Position numbers and translations under genes: made by a program. From assembly GCF_009914755.1 (NCBI RefSeq), contig NC_060932.1: 64,000 nt of DNA; one strand, 5' to 3'. The notes beneath the pieces were generated by a model. The model searched no databases. It was not told the DNA's origin and saw only the letters and a program-made list of their open reading frames with translations. Origin of the DNA: the human T2T-CHM13v2.0 reference genome, Homo sapiens. Below, one piece after another: positions 48,000-61,023 of the stretch. Every line of letters starts with the position of its first letter. Within the stretch, counting starts at the first letter, position 1.

Positions 48000-49180
48000 A
48001 TACAAATGAACTCTTTGAGGGCAGAGCTGTGCCTTATCTTACAATTCTCCTTTGACTGGCAGAGTGCCTTGCTCCCAAGAGGTGTCTAGTTAACATTTGT
48101 TGAAAGGAGATTGCGAATGAAGAATAATTCACACACTAGAAATTGGAGTTCCAAAATCATATATTCACAATCACCTGTCATGTCCACTTGGATCTGTCAC
48201 AAGCATTTCAAACTTGGTATCAACAAAATAAGGTCATAATTTTCTTCCACATTCACCTCCTTTTATTATGCATTCCTTCATTTAATCAGCCATCCTTGCA
48301 TGTAACATTTATTGAGTGCTGACTGTGTACCAGGCTGTATTTCAAGCCCTTGGGACCACCAGCACCAATAACTACCCTGTTGCTCCAAGAAAAACCCTCT
48401 GTCTCCTACTTTCCCTCACCCCATTCCCCAATACCTAAGTCACCAGCAAGTCCTACTCATTCTATCCTCAATAAATCCTGAATATGCCAACTTCTCCACA
48501 TCACCAGGTTTACTCCTTTCACCTAGGCTTTCATCATATTTAATTACTGATCATCCTAATGTGTCTCCTCACAAAAATTCTAATCTCCTTTAATCCATAC
48601 CCTGTAGAGCAGAAAAATAAAAATTCTAAGCATATAATTAAAACATGTTACTCCCCTCCTATAATGCTTCAAAAATGTTGACTACATTTGGATCAACATC
48701 TTAATTATTTCCTGTAAGTACCAAGGGCCTTCATGATGTGGTCCTCCAATATTGCCTCACTTATTTTGCTAGCAACTGCAACCCAAACACTGTACTCTTC
48801 TTTCATTTAGTCAAACACTTCAACCCAGGTCAAACTTTAAGTCATTGCCTGTGACTTTTCCTCTACGTAGAATATTCCTTACTACACTCTTCATTGGGAA
48901 AGTTCTCTATTATCTTTTAGAGTTCAGTTTAAACATCACCCACTAAGAGAGGTATTTTCTTACTACCTCGTCTGAAATAAATCTACATTATTCTTCATTT
49001 CAGATCTTTGTTTCTTTCATGACCCATACAACAATTTGCAATTTTTGTAATTATGTGTTGTTTTTCTGTTCTGCCCCATGAAGGTGGGAACTAAGCAGAT
49101 TGAGTACTTTGGTAAATTTTTGTTCTTAACAAAGTGCTAAAGAAGCTTAATAACATGTTTTTGAATGAGTGAATGAATTA
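48000..49180. mobile_element. Cluster of L2 fragments in both orientations
   Basis: L2 tails (catttgttgaa; tttttgaatgagtgaatgaat) and a reverse tail (acatttattgagtgctgactgtgtaccagg). Confidence 0.55.
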
Positions 49181-51174
49181 ATGAAAAGAGGAAGGAAAAG
49201 AGGTAGAAAGGAAGGTAGGAAGGCAAAAAAATACACATTTATAGTTTTCTGCTTACCTATTAAAAATCCATAAAATTTTTTTTTATTTTTCTATGAGCAA
49301 AATTTTATGACCATCTCATTGTATACCAGATTGTATACTGAAAAAATAGAGATAGAAAATAAAATTTGAATGTAGAACTTTATTATGCAATGCTTATGTC
49401 AAAACAAAATTTTTAACATACTGTATTACACTATGTAGAATTTATTAAAATTATACAGAGAAGGAAGACCTAGATGCATTGATACAAATCATACATATAT
49501 TTAAAATATATTTCCAAACACAAAAAAGAAGTTAATATGTTTAAAAACTGCAAAATAAATAGTTAATATGTACTCAGACAGAGGCTTCCTTATTTAAATT
49601 CCAAACATATTTGAGTATATAAACCAGTTCCAATAACTGCTTATAATTTCAGGACCAATTTCAAAATACTGCTCTCATTGTCTGTTTTCTTACTTTCAAA
49701 TTAATACATAGCTACATATTGAATGCTTACAAGTAGTGTGTGGTGCTAAGCGAATACAGTTTTTGAGGCATCGAGAAAAAGTCAACTAAATGGCATACAT
49801 TTATATGTCAAATTGGGTAGTATGATACTTTATCAAATTGCAAAATGCATTTCTGCTCAAATACTCAGTTTACTGAAACATTTAAAGAAATTTGAGAAAG
49901 TTAGTGATCTGTTACTAGACTCTCTTCCATTTGGAAGTAATCAGTAGAGGTTTTATATTTTCTCAGCAATGGTAAAGGCACGTATGAACTGTTGCATACA
50001 GAAACAATGTTAAAATGCATAATGAAGATTGGATTTTCATATACACAGAGTTCAATTTTACACATATTTTATGTTTCCCTTTTCATATTGTGAGCATAGC
50101 TTAGGCAACAGAAATTCAGTGACTGCAGCTCAATAGGCTTGACTTATTTCTTCTTGGGGGATATTCCCACCATTTGAAGGCAAAAGTACTTCTCTTAGAG
50201 GCACTAGGGTGGGATTCAGGGAGTATAATACGTAGAGATGATAGCTTAGAGATTTAGGGAAACATGCTCTATATTCCTTCAGAGATCCAATGATAAGATG
50301 TAGAGCCAGCCAAAGAATTTAAGGCCAGGCCACTCAGGCTTTCCTACGGAACAGTATTAGTATGGAAAAGGAAATTTAGTTCACCTTATTAACATGGGCA
50401 ACCAGATGGAAATTTGTCATGCAATTCTCATTTACTCAGCAAATATTTATTGATAGCCTGTTAAAACCAAGCACTGTGTTAGGCTTTAAGGATAGAAAGA
50501 TAAATGATACTCTCAAAAACTTCATGTTCAGTTGAAAGTTATAAATTGCATGTAAAATCACAGGACACTGTGAGAATCATGGAGAGAGCCAGCTATCCCA
50601 AGGAGGATTCATAGAGAAGTATACACACACGTGTAATATTAAAGCATGATTATAAAATTAGCCAATTCAAATAAGGGAGGGGAGAGTGGAGGATGATGCT
50701 GAAGAGGTATCTCAGGTGATTCTGACCACATAATGAAACCTGGAATCTGGTACCAGGCCATAAATTTGTTTTTACAAAGATAGGAAGAAGGATACAGCCA
50801 GTAATTTTATAATAATTTTATGTTTTTATTTTACTTATATATGCTAATTTTATGATACTCTGAAAATCTAACTTATTTACATATATATATAATAGCAATA
50901 AGGATATAATGAATAATACTATCATATTATTATCAATTTATTAAAATATGATCAAAATAATAGCAGCTTACATTTATTAAGCTCTTTGTGATAGGCACTG
51001 TCACACTAAGCACAGTAATGTGCTTAGTACGCATTATAAATGTATTCTTAAAAAAGAAGTGAATTTAGGTAAATTTGCACATAATAGTGACAGATCAGAG
51101 AAAAATAAAGCTAGGAAAAAGTAGTTAAGGCTTCACATGATCAATAGGACTTTGTCAAATAGAAGGATAGAGAG

Positions 51175-53596
51175 TGATATGGTTTGTATTTGTGTCCCCA
51201 TCCAAATGTCATGTCGAATTGAGGGAGGCACCTGGTGGGAGGTGATTGGATCATGGGGAGGAATTTCCTCCTTGCTGTTCTCATGACGGTAAGTGAGTCA
51301 TCACCAGATCTGATGATTTAAAAGTCTGTGGCACTTACCTCCTCTGTCTCTTCCTCCTGCTCTATCACAGTAAGACGTGCTTGCTTCCCCTTCACCTTCT
51401 GCCATGATAGTGGGTTTCCTGAGCCCTCCCAGTCATGCTTCCTATTAAGCCTGTGGTACTGTGAGTCAATTAAACCTTTTTCTTCATAAATTATCCAGTC
51501 TCAGGTAGTTCCTTAGAGCAGTGAAAAGATAGACTAATACAGAAAATTTGTACTTGGAGTGGCACACTGCTATAAAGGTACATGAAAAAGTGGAAGTGAC
51601 TTTGGAACTGGGTAATGAACAGACATTAGAACAGTTTGGAGGGCTCAGAAGAAGACAGGAAGATGTGGGGAAGTTTGGAACTTCCTATAGACTTGTTAAA
51701 TGGCTTTGACCGAAATGCTGATAGTGATATGGACAACGAAGTCCAGGCTGAGGTGGTCTCAGATGGAGATGTTAAACTTTTTGGGAACTGGAGCAAGGCC
51801 GCTCTTGCTATGCTTTAGCAAAGAGACAGGCAGCATATTGCCTCTGCCCTAGAAATCTGTGGAACTTTGAATTTGAGAGAGATGTTTTAGGGTATCTGGA
51901 AGAAGAAATTTCTAAGGAGCAAAGTGTTCAAGAAGTAACATGGCTGTTTCTAAAAGTGTATGCTCATACACATGATGAAAGAGATGGTCTGAAATTTGAA
52001 GTTATATTTAAAAGGGAAGCAGAACATAAAAATTTGGAAAATTTGCCAACTGACCATGTGGTAGAATAAAAAAATCATTTCCCTGGGGAGTAAGTCAAGC
52101 CTGCTTCAGAAATTTGAATGAATAACAAGGAGTCAAATGTTAACAGTCAACACAAGGGGGAAAATATCCCCAGGGCATTTCAGAGATCTCCCCTCCCATC
52201 ACAGACCAAGAAGCCAAGGAGGAAAAAATGGCTGTTTGAGCAAGGCCCGGGAAACCCTTGCTCTGTGCAGCCTCAGGACATGGTGTCATGTGTCTGAGCC
52301 ACTCCACCTCTAGTCATGGCTAAAAGGGGCCAATATGCAGCTTGAATTGTTGCTTCAGAGGGTGGAAGCCCCAAGCCTTGGCAGCTTCCACGTGGTACTG
52401 GGCCTGCAGGTGTATGGAAGGCAAGAGTTGAGGTTTGGGAACCTCTGCCCAGATTTCACAGGATGTATGGAAACACCTGTATGTCCAAGCAGAAGTCTGC
52501 TGCAGGGGCAGAGACCTCATGGAGAACCTCCGCTAGGAAAGTGCAGAAGGGAAATGTGGGGTTGGAGACACCACAGAGTCCCCACTGGGGCACTGCCTAG
52601 TGGAGCTGTGAGAAAAGGGACACTGTCTTCCACACCCTAAAACTGTAGATCCACCAACAGCACCGTGCACCTGGAAAAGCCAGAAACACTCAATGCCAGC
52701 CCATGAAAGCAGTCGTGGGGGCTGTACCCTGAAGAGCCACAGGGGCAGAACTGCCCAAGGATTTGGGAGCCAACCCCTTGCATCTAGGCAAGTTCTCACT
52801 ATTTTGCTCAGGCTGGTCTCAAATTCCTGGCCTCAAGCAATTCTCCCACCTTGCCTCAGCATGCCCTGGATATGAGACATGGAGTCAAAGGAGATCATTT
52901 TGGAGCCTTAAGATTTAATGAGTGCCCTGCTGGGTTTCAGACTTGCATGGGGCCTATAGCCCCTTTGTTTTGGCCAATTTTTCCTTTTTGTAGCAGAGGC
53001 ATTTACCCAATGCCTGTACCTCCATTTTATCTTGGAAGTAACAAACTTGCTTTTGATTTTACAAGCACATAAGTGGAAGGTAATTACCTTGCCTCAGATG
53101 ACACTTTGGACTTGGTCTTTTGGGTTAATGCTGAAATGAGTTAAGACTTTGGTCAGGGGGTACTGTTGAGAATGAATAATTGTATTTTGCTATGTGAAAA
53201 AGAAATGAGATTCGGGAGGGACCAGGGTTGGAATTATATGGTTTGAATTTGTGTCCCTGCCCAAGTCTCATGTTAATTGAGGGAGGGGCCTGGTGGGAGA
53301 TGATTGGATCATGGGTACAGGTTTCCCCCTTGCTGTTGTCATAATAAGTGAGTCGTCAGGAGATCTGATGATTTAAAAGTGTGTGGCACTTCTCCCTTCT
53401 CTCTCTTCCTCCTGCTCCACCACGCTAAGATGTACCTGCTTCCTCTTTGCCTCTGCCATGATTGTAAGTTTCCTGAGGCTTCCCAGTCATGCTTCTTTTT
53501 AAGCCTGTGGAACTGTTAGCCAATTAAATCTATTTTCTTCATAAATTACTCATCCTTAGCTAGTTCTTTATAGTAGTGTGAAAGCGAACTAATACA
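51175..53596 (+). mobile_element. MSTA-like MaLR provirus with both LTRs (51175-51541 and 53234-53596)
   Basis: Two ~365-nt direct repeats (t(g/t)atatggtttg...actaataca) flank a MaLR internal region (EGSEEDRKMW.SLELP.DLLNGFD.NADSDMDNEVQAEVVSD), with a purine-rich PPT before the 3' LTR. The TSD is imperfect (gagag versus gaagc). Confidence 0.9.
52785..52856 (-). mobile_element. Internal Alu fragment (AluJ-like) within the MST internal region
   Basis: tctcactattttgctcaggctggtctcaaattcctggcctcaagcaattctcccacc. Confidence 0.8.
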
Positions 53597-53934
53597 GAAG
53601 CTTTCCCAAAGAATAAAAATACAAGAATTCACAAGAATATGCAAGACACATTTTGGAAACAGGAAATGCCCAATGAGACTGTGCATTGGGAATAGGGAAG
53701 GGGGCTTACATGTAATCAGGTTGAAAAAGCACACTGAGTCTAAATTATTACGCTATATGCCTTTGTTATGAACTGCAAAATGTATCCTGTGACCTCAGGG
53801 TTTTTACTTTTTTAACCAAGTGAGTAATAGGATTTCTTACAAAGAAAACATGAAGATCATTCTGAAATTTCTAGCTTAAGTCATTATCAGGATGATGGAT
53901 AAAGTTTTCACAGTACATTCTTGAAATAAAAAGA

Positions 53935-54980
53935 AAACCAAAATCAGAAGCAACAAAAGCAAAAATAGACAAATAGAACCATGTCAAAATTAAAAATGTT
54001 TGTGAATCAAAAGGGACAATCAACAGAGTAAAAGGCAATCTGAAAAAATTTAAAGAATTCTAAATTATATCTTACAAGAAATTGATAACAAGAGTTTTTA
54101 AAAACTTCTAAAATTCAACAACAAAAGATAAGTTAAACTTCACTAAAAATGGATGAAGGAATTGTTAGATATTTCTCCAAAGGTTATATACAAATAGCCA
54201 ACTAACAAATGAAAAAATGCTCAACATCACTAATCATCAGAACAATACAAATGAAAACCACAAAGAGATATCACCTCACACCGTTAGGATTGCTACTGTA
54301 AAAACAATAACAAACAACATCAAAGCAAAAAATAACAAGTGTTGGCAAAAATGTGGAATAAATCAGAACCCTGTGCCAGTCGGTGAGATTGTAAAATGAT
54401 GCAACTTATGTGGAAAATAGAATGGAGGTTCCTTGGAAAAATTAAAAATAGAACTACCATATGATCCAGCAATCCCACTTGTGGGTTTATCTCCAAAAGA
54501 ATTGAAAGCAGAGTGTAAAGTGATATTTGCACATCCATGTTCATAACAGCACTATTCACACTAGCCAAGATATGGAAATGACTCAAGTGTCCATGGATGA
54601 ATAAGTGGATAAACAAAAAGTGACATATATATATAGAATGGAATATTATTGTCTTAAAAGGAAGAAAACCTTATCTCACATTATAAAGTGAAATAAATCC
54701 GTTATCAAAATAAATATTGTATGATTCTCCTTACATGAACTATCTGAAATAGTCAAATTAACAGAAACAGAAAGTAGAATGGTGATTACCAGGGGTTATG
54801 CAGAGGGGGTAAAGAGGAGTTGTTTAACAGGTATAGAGTTTCAGATTTGCACTATGAAATGGTTCTAAAGATCTGATTCATAACAATGTGAATGTACTTA
54901 AGAGTGCTGAAATGTATACTTGAAAATGATTAAGATGGTAAATTTTATATTATATGTTTTGTTACCACAATTTGAACAAA
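53935..54980 (+). mobile_element. L1MB/L1MA 3' portion
   Basis: aaaatagaactaccatatgatccagcaatcccactt; gaaacagaaagtagaatggtgattaccagggg; ttaagatggtaaattttat. Confidence 0.85.
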
Positions 54981-55630
54981 ATGTCAAGGAGGTCAAAGTG
55001 AACAATATTAGCATTTACAGATTGCAAACTGTAGTGATTAGAAGGATTAATAAATTCATATGTGATCAAATACCAAAATACTTTTCTTGCTCTGGGTTAA
55101 ATTGTAAAATAGGCAAAGTCTTTCCAGCATTTTGTCACTTTCCTATATTACCTCCTTCTACTACTCCTTTCTGTATAAACTCAACTCTTAGAAGGAATGC
55201 TTCATGTAGGCTTGAGGCTTTTATTTTGATTTAAAAGGCTATGTACCTTATTTAGTGCTCTATGATGACCCAATGTTCTATATGTATTAGACATATTTTA
55301 GTTTTAAGAGCATGATTTCAGATGAGATCAATGCTCATCTCATTGCATCACACAGTATTCACAATCTTAAACTGGAAACACACAGTCGAAGGATTTGGTT
55401 TAGAAAAGCCTGTAAGAACACAGTCACTCATTTATAAGATATGAACTATAGATGACAACTGTAATCTTTTTAAAGGAATCCTGTGTGTTTAGCTATGCAC
55501 ATACCTATATTTATATATGTGCATACACACATATGAAATATTTATAATTTTGTAATATAACCTAAGTAAACCAGGTAGGGGTTTTCAACAGCCTTTATAT
55601 TTACATATGTATATACTCCAGGTTGGATGT

Positions 55631-56042
55631 GGTCTTAGTCTGCTTTATGTTACTATAACAGAATACCTGAGGTTAGGTAATTAATTTTAAAAAGGGGTTT
55701 ATTTAACTCATGATTCTGGTAGCTGGAAAGTCCAAGAGTAAGGTGGTGGCATCTGTTCAGCTTCCACTGAAGGCCCCGTGCTGCATTAAGATATGGCAGA
55801 GAAGCAAAAAGGTGAGCAAATGTGAGCAAATGAGGATCAAACATGAGGAGGAATCTCACCTTGTAACAACTCACTCCCTAAGAAGCTAATCAATTACAAT
55901 GAGATCTAATCCAGTCTCATGAGAAAAATATTAAGCCATCTTAATGATTTAATCACCTCTTAAAGGCACAACCTCCCAACATTGCTGTACTAGGAATGAA
56001 AGTGCTAACTTGAGTTTAGGTAAGAACATTGAAACCAGAGCA
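55631..56042 (-). mobile_element. MST-family (MSTB/C-like) solo LTR
   Basis: tcttagtctgctttatgttactataacagaatacctgagg...tttatttaactcatgattctgg...aatcacctcttaaaggc. Confidence 0.75.
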
Positions 56043-57149
56043 GACTGTTTTGAAAAGCAAGTGTTGGCATTGTATACCTGACACATATTAGGCTGTAGAT
56101 TATAATTTCCACACTAACTTGTTATATGTACACACAAATGAAATATAAATATCATTTATAAATTGCTGATAAATTAGGAATAATAAAATAAATAAAAATT
56201 ATTTCAGTTTAGATGCACACAATAAAAATAAATACAGACAATTTAAATAATGTGTCAGCTCAATTGCAAATCCAGTCCTTTGACTCCAGTTGTTCCTTTA
56301 GCCTAAATAATTTTCTTGATTATTCATATAAATTAATATATATTGTGCTCCTACATATGAGTTGACTGCATGACAAAAATGGCTTTTTGAAACTCAAAAG
56401 AATATTTGAGTAGACTATAGTTCTAACCACCATATAATTTACCTGAGTTTAAGAAGAATTAGATGCTACCTTCCAGTGAGAGTATGTGTGTTTCTTATCA
56501 CTATATATTTAAAATATGTATTATTTAAATATTAAAAATTTCCCAATGCTTAGACAAAAATAAAGTCCCAAGAGCAATTCATTGAAAATTTATTTATATA
56601 TTTTTCAGCCAAATCTTCGTTTTCTTAGAAGAATCCAATTACTTGGATCCTTTCAAATTAGGAACTCTTAGAGAATCATTTGAGGAGACTGGACCTTTTC
56701 CCCACAGGTCACTATTGGACTGACCTCTGTGGAAACAAGTGTTAAGAAATTTGAATTAAGCCTTAAAATACGGGTAACTTCAAAATATTAAAAAATACGT
56801 ATTTTAAGTCTAATTTAACTAAAATCTCCGAGTTTCTCTGATTATTGTTGCATTAATTCATTCATCTAACAGTATTTTTAGTGTCAAAAATATATCAGGC
56901 ACTGTTAGATATTGAGAATGCAAACAGGCACAATATAGAAATTGAGAAACTTAAGACATAGTATGGGAGAAAGACATTTGACCATATTACGTATCATATA
57001 AGCACTGTGAGAACAAATTAAGTATGAGTTCAGTTGGAAAACAAGGAATGGTCAAGTGTTTCTGGTAGTGGGAAGCAGTGCTTGTGACAGAAAATACTGA
57101 GATGCTAAAAAGTTTTCTGAGCCATCGCAGACAAGTAAGTATTTGATAC

Positions 57150-57312
57150 CAAGCACTTTATCCACTATGGTAACCACTAGCCATATGTGCCTATTGAGCA
57201 TTTGAACTGTGGCTAGTATGACTAATGAAGAGAATTTTTAGCTACTATTAATACATACTTAAATTTGAACAGCTAACTTTGGCTAATGGCTACCATATTA
57301 GGCAGTAGAACT
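57150..57312. mobile_element. MER3 (hAT-Charlie)
   Basis: tccactatggtaaccactagccatatgtgcctattgagcatttgaactgtggctagt...tggctaatggctaccatatt. Confidence 0.75.
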
Positions 57313-58352
57313 ATACAGAACTGTGAGTAATTTTTTATGGTTAGGATATATATTGTATGGTTTAAAGGTCATGGTGTTAGATGAAGAGGTAGACAAAGGC
57401 AAAATCTTAGAGTGCCTTTCTTGTCATGTTTAAGTCACAGAAACTAAGTAGGATGAAAACAAAAAAGAACATTCTAGATTTATTAAATGATCACGGCGAC
57501 ATAGGCAAAGCTAGTTTGTCATGGAGGATTAGACGCAGAAACCAGGATTTAGTAGATTAAAGAGGTGAATGGAAAGTGAGGAAGGGAAATCAGCAAGCAT
57601 TTACTATTTTCAGGTATGTCAGCATAAAGAGAAAGAGAAATAAAGGAAGATGGGTTTGAGGAAACAAGTGTAAGGAGGGATTTTAAGACTGGGGATACTG
57701 GAGAATGTTCATAGATAGTGGGGGAAGTCAGAAAAATAGGTAATTTTATAGAATATAATATTAGGTTGGATTCTAGCAGATTTAGTGAAAAAACAACACC
57801 CATAAGTCAAGCAGACAGCCTATAAATGGAAGAAGAAATATTCTCTGGATAAAACAGAGAGTAAATTTACACAGAAATAAATTTGTGTATAGATATTGAG
57901 AAAGTTTAGTAGGTTTCCTCTGTGATAAAGAAAACAAATATTAAGATATACCTAAGCAAGACTGGATGAGACTGAGAGTACAATTCTGGAGGGAGTAATA
58001 AAGATTCAGATAAAGTTGCCAAGAATAATGAAGGTAGAAATCAGACAGCAATGTTTAGAGTCCAAGTGTATCAAGTTCTCAGTTGTAATATCAACAGATA
58101 CTTGTAGTCTCAACACAATACAACGTTGTTAACTAAGTTTAAGAGTTTAAAAAATTTAAATGATGGCGGTTTTACCTGGTATTGTCTAGAAATAGAGTTA
58201 GTCTATAATTGATATATTAGGATTACTTAATATCCTGTTTTATCACTTAATAAAGACTATGTTATTGAATTTATATGTTTATAAAAAGAGTTTATTAATT
58301 CAGAATCTACATGTATTTTAATTTGTCTTGTTTAGTTTATTCCCAATGCAAT

Positions 58353-58737
58353 TGTGCTAGCTCATTTGTGCTGCTCTATCAAAATATTTGAGACTGAGTA
58401 ATTTATAAAAATAGAAATTTATTTCCCATAGTTTTGGAGTCTCAGAAATCCAGTATCTGGGCACCAGCACATTTATTTTCTGACAAGGGTCTGTTCTCTG
58501 CTTCCAAAGATGGCACCTTGTTACTGCATTCTCTATACAGGAGAAACATGTGTCTTCACATGACAGAAGGCAGAAGGGCACACCAGACCATTTCCCTCTA
58601 TTAAGCCATTTTATATGATAACCTAATTCTAATCATAGGAGCAGAACCATCATGACTCAATTACCTCTCAAAGACCACACCTCCCAATATTGTTCAACAT
58701 AAATTTTGAAGGGGACAAGAACATTCAAACCAAAGCA
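58353..58737 (-). mobile_element. MSTD-like solo LTR
   Basis: gagactgagtaatttataaaaatagaaatttattt...ctctgcttccaaagatggcacc...acattcaaaccaaagca. Confidence 0.75.
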
Positions 58738-59713
58738 GTAACTGACCCTTCATATTCCATTCACATAACACTCAGTTTCTTATTGGAATTACATCCAAAC
58801 CCTATAGAATGACACAATGAGTCCCAAGATAGATCTCAACTTCTTCTCCTTAGCACTCTTCAATGTGAATAATATAAATACTTTTCCCTCATAACAAACT
58901 TACTTAACATTTCTGAAGATATATTGCAATGTTCTGCCCTATCAAATATGCTCCTGCTCTTTTTTTCCCTAATGTAATTCCAAATTGTCTTTTTCTTTGG
59001 CAAAATCATACTTATTTGATTCTACCTAAAACCACACTTTTCAAAACACTCAAAGGACACTCAATTTACCGTAATTATTATTCAAAGTGTTTTCCTAAAC
59101 CTGTGGTATTTATAGACTGTCTTGAAGTATGTCATCCATAATTGTGGACATGTATAGTTTTAGTGATGTATAGGCTATTTGAGGGTCAGTGTCACTAGTT
59201 GTAACTAAAAAAATTGAATTTTTAAAACTACTGAAAATGGAACAAAATAAAAATACAGATTAATTGTCCTTAGCTTATAAATGCTGGCAAATTCACATAT
59301 TTATTCCTTTGCTAGTAATTTTGCTGCCATTTTAAATTGTAGTTCTCATCAAATAAGTCAATAGGTTTCAGTAATATCTAGAGGTTAATTCCAATGCTAA
59401 AGATAAATTCATTATACATCTTAATAATGAAGATGATTTGAAGTAAGCTTTCTTAATAAAACTTCAATGCTTTTATATTTACTGCAAATACAATTATAAG
59501 CTATAATAATAGGCATTGGATAAAAGACCTGAAAGAATATTGCAAATTCATAAGGGGTTGTGTTATCGTGATGGGATTTCAGATACAGGCAAAAGAAGAC
59601 ATTTTACTGTGAGAGACAGCTATATTTGAATTTCAGCTGTGTGATCAAGTAGAAATTATTTAGGGTCTCTGAATTTCAATTCCCTGTTAAAGTCGTTCTC
59701 AGAACTAAACGTG

Positions 59714-59716
<3 letters not shown>

Positions 59717-59744
<28 letters not shown>
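59717..59744. repeat. (GT)14 microsatellite
   Basis: Read directly from the sequence. Confidence 0.95.
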
Positions 59745-60833
59745 CTGTATATGTCACATACTACATATATCTGAATATATGTATATATATATGTCACATA
59801 ATACTAAAGGAAATTTAATTATTATATAATGTTTAGTATTGTATTATGTTTACAAATACTTTTATTTACATTTGAAATATCATTAAACAGAGAAAAAGGA
59901 AAAGACCTAAGATTTTTGAGAAATCCTTTAAAAATATCCAATGGATGGGCTTAACAGAAGAGTGAACAAAAGAAGGAATGAGTGAGTTGGAAAACAAACA
60001 AAAAAAATCACACAATCTGAACAGAGAAATAACTAGACTGAAATACAACATAAAAAAGACTTGTCAGCAGTAAACCTACCCTAAATGAATGGCTAAGGTC
60101 TCTAAATAGCAAATAATAAAAGTAAAATAACAAAATTTGAAATATTAGAAGGAAAAAATAAAAGAGTAAGCAAAAATATTAATAAATATAAGAGATTTTT
60201 CTTCTTACCTTGAATTTTTTAAATTATGGTTGATGGCCAGAGTAAAAATTGTAACACTGGTTGTAAATATATGTACAGAAGAAATTTATGATTTACTGTA
60301 AATGCAGGGGTATAAAGGGATATAAGGAGAGGTAAAGTTTTTGCAATTCAGCTGAACTGCTAAAATGACGGCACCATTTTACATGTATTTATATATAATA
60401 TATGTTTTTATATATGTAAATGCACATAGCCGTGATAAATTATGTAAATATAATGCAATACCTAGAGCAACCACTAATAAAACTGTAAGAAATACACTAA
60501 AAATGCAGTATATAAATTTAAACAGCATTCCACAAATATGCTCAAATAAACACATGAAAACAGAGAAAAGAAAATGAAAAACAAAAAGAGAAAGCAGACT
60601 TACGTCCTAACATCAAAATTACATTAAATATAAAAGCTCTAAATACACCAAACAATATAAAGAGATTGGCAAAGTTGATTGGAAAGCAGGACTCAACCAT
60701 TTGCTACCTATAAGAATCCCACTTCAAATATAACAATATAGCCATATTAACAGCAAAATAATAGAAAAAGCAGTATCATGGAAATATTTATCAATGGAAA
60801 ACAAGAGTGGCTATATTACTATCAGATAAAATA

Positions 60834-61023
60834 CAGGTAGTCTCAGATTTACAATGGCTTGACTTATAGTCTTTTGGGTTTATTATGGTGCAAATGCAAT
60901 ATGCAAGCACAAGGTTTCAGACTTCAAGCATCAGTGATTCCTTGACCAAAGACCCTCTGAGCTGTATTTTTGACTTACAAGATTTTCAACTTACTACGTG
61001 TTATCATAGTCAAGGAGCATCTT
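60834..61023 (+). mobile_element. MER82-like Tigger MITE, internally deleted, with TA target duplication
   Basis: TA|caggtagtctcagatttacaatgg...agtcaaggagcatctt|TA; the L1 sequence rejoins across it (tcagataaaa-ta-gattt). Confidence 0.7.

Noticed and set aside
47979-48000. Perfect 22-bp palindrome taatatataaatttatatatta
   Set aside because: It is A/T-only low-complexity sequence and plausible by slippage or chance in this background.
56762-56808. 11-bp inverted repeat and aaaatacgtatttt palindrome
   Set aside because: The sequence is mostly A/T and short, so it cannot be distinguished from background.
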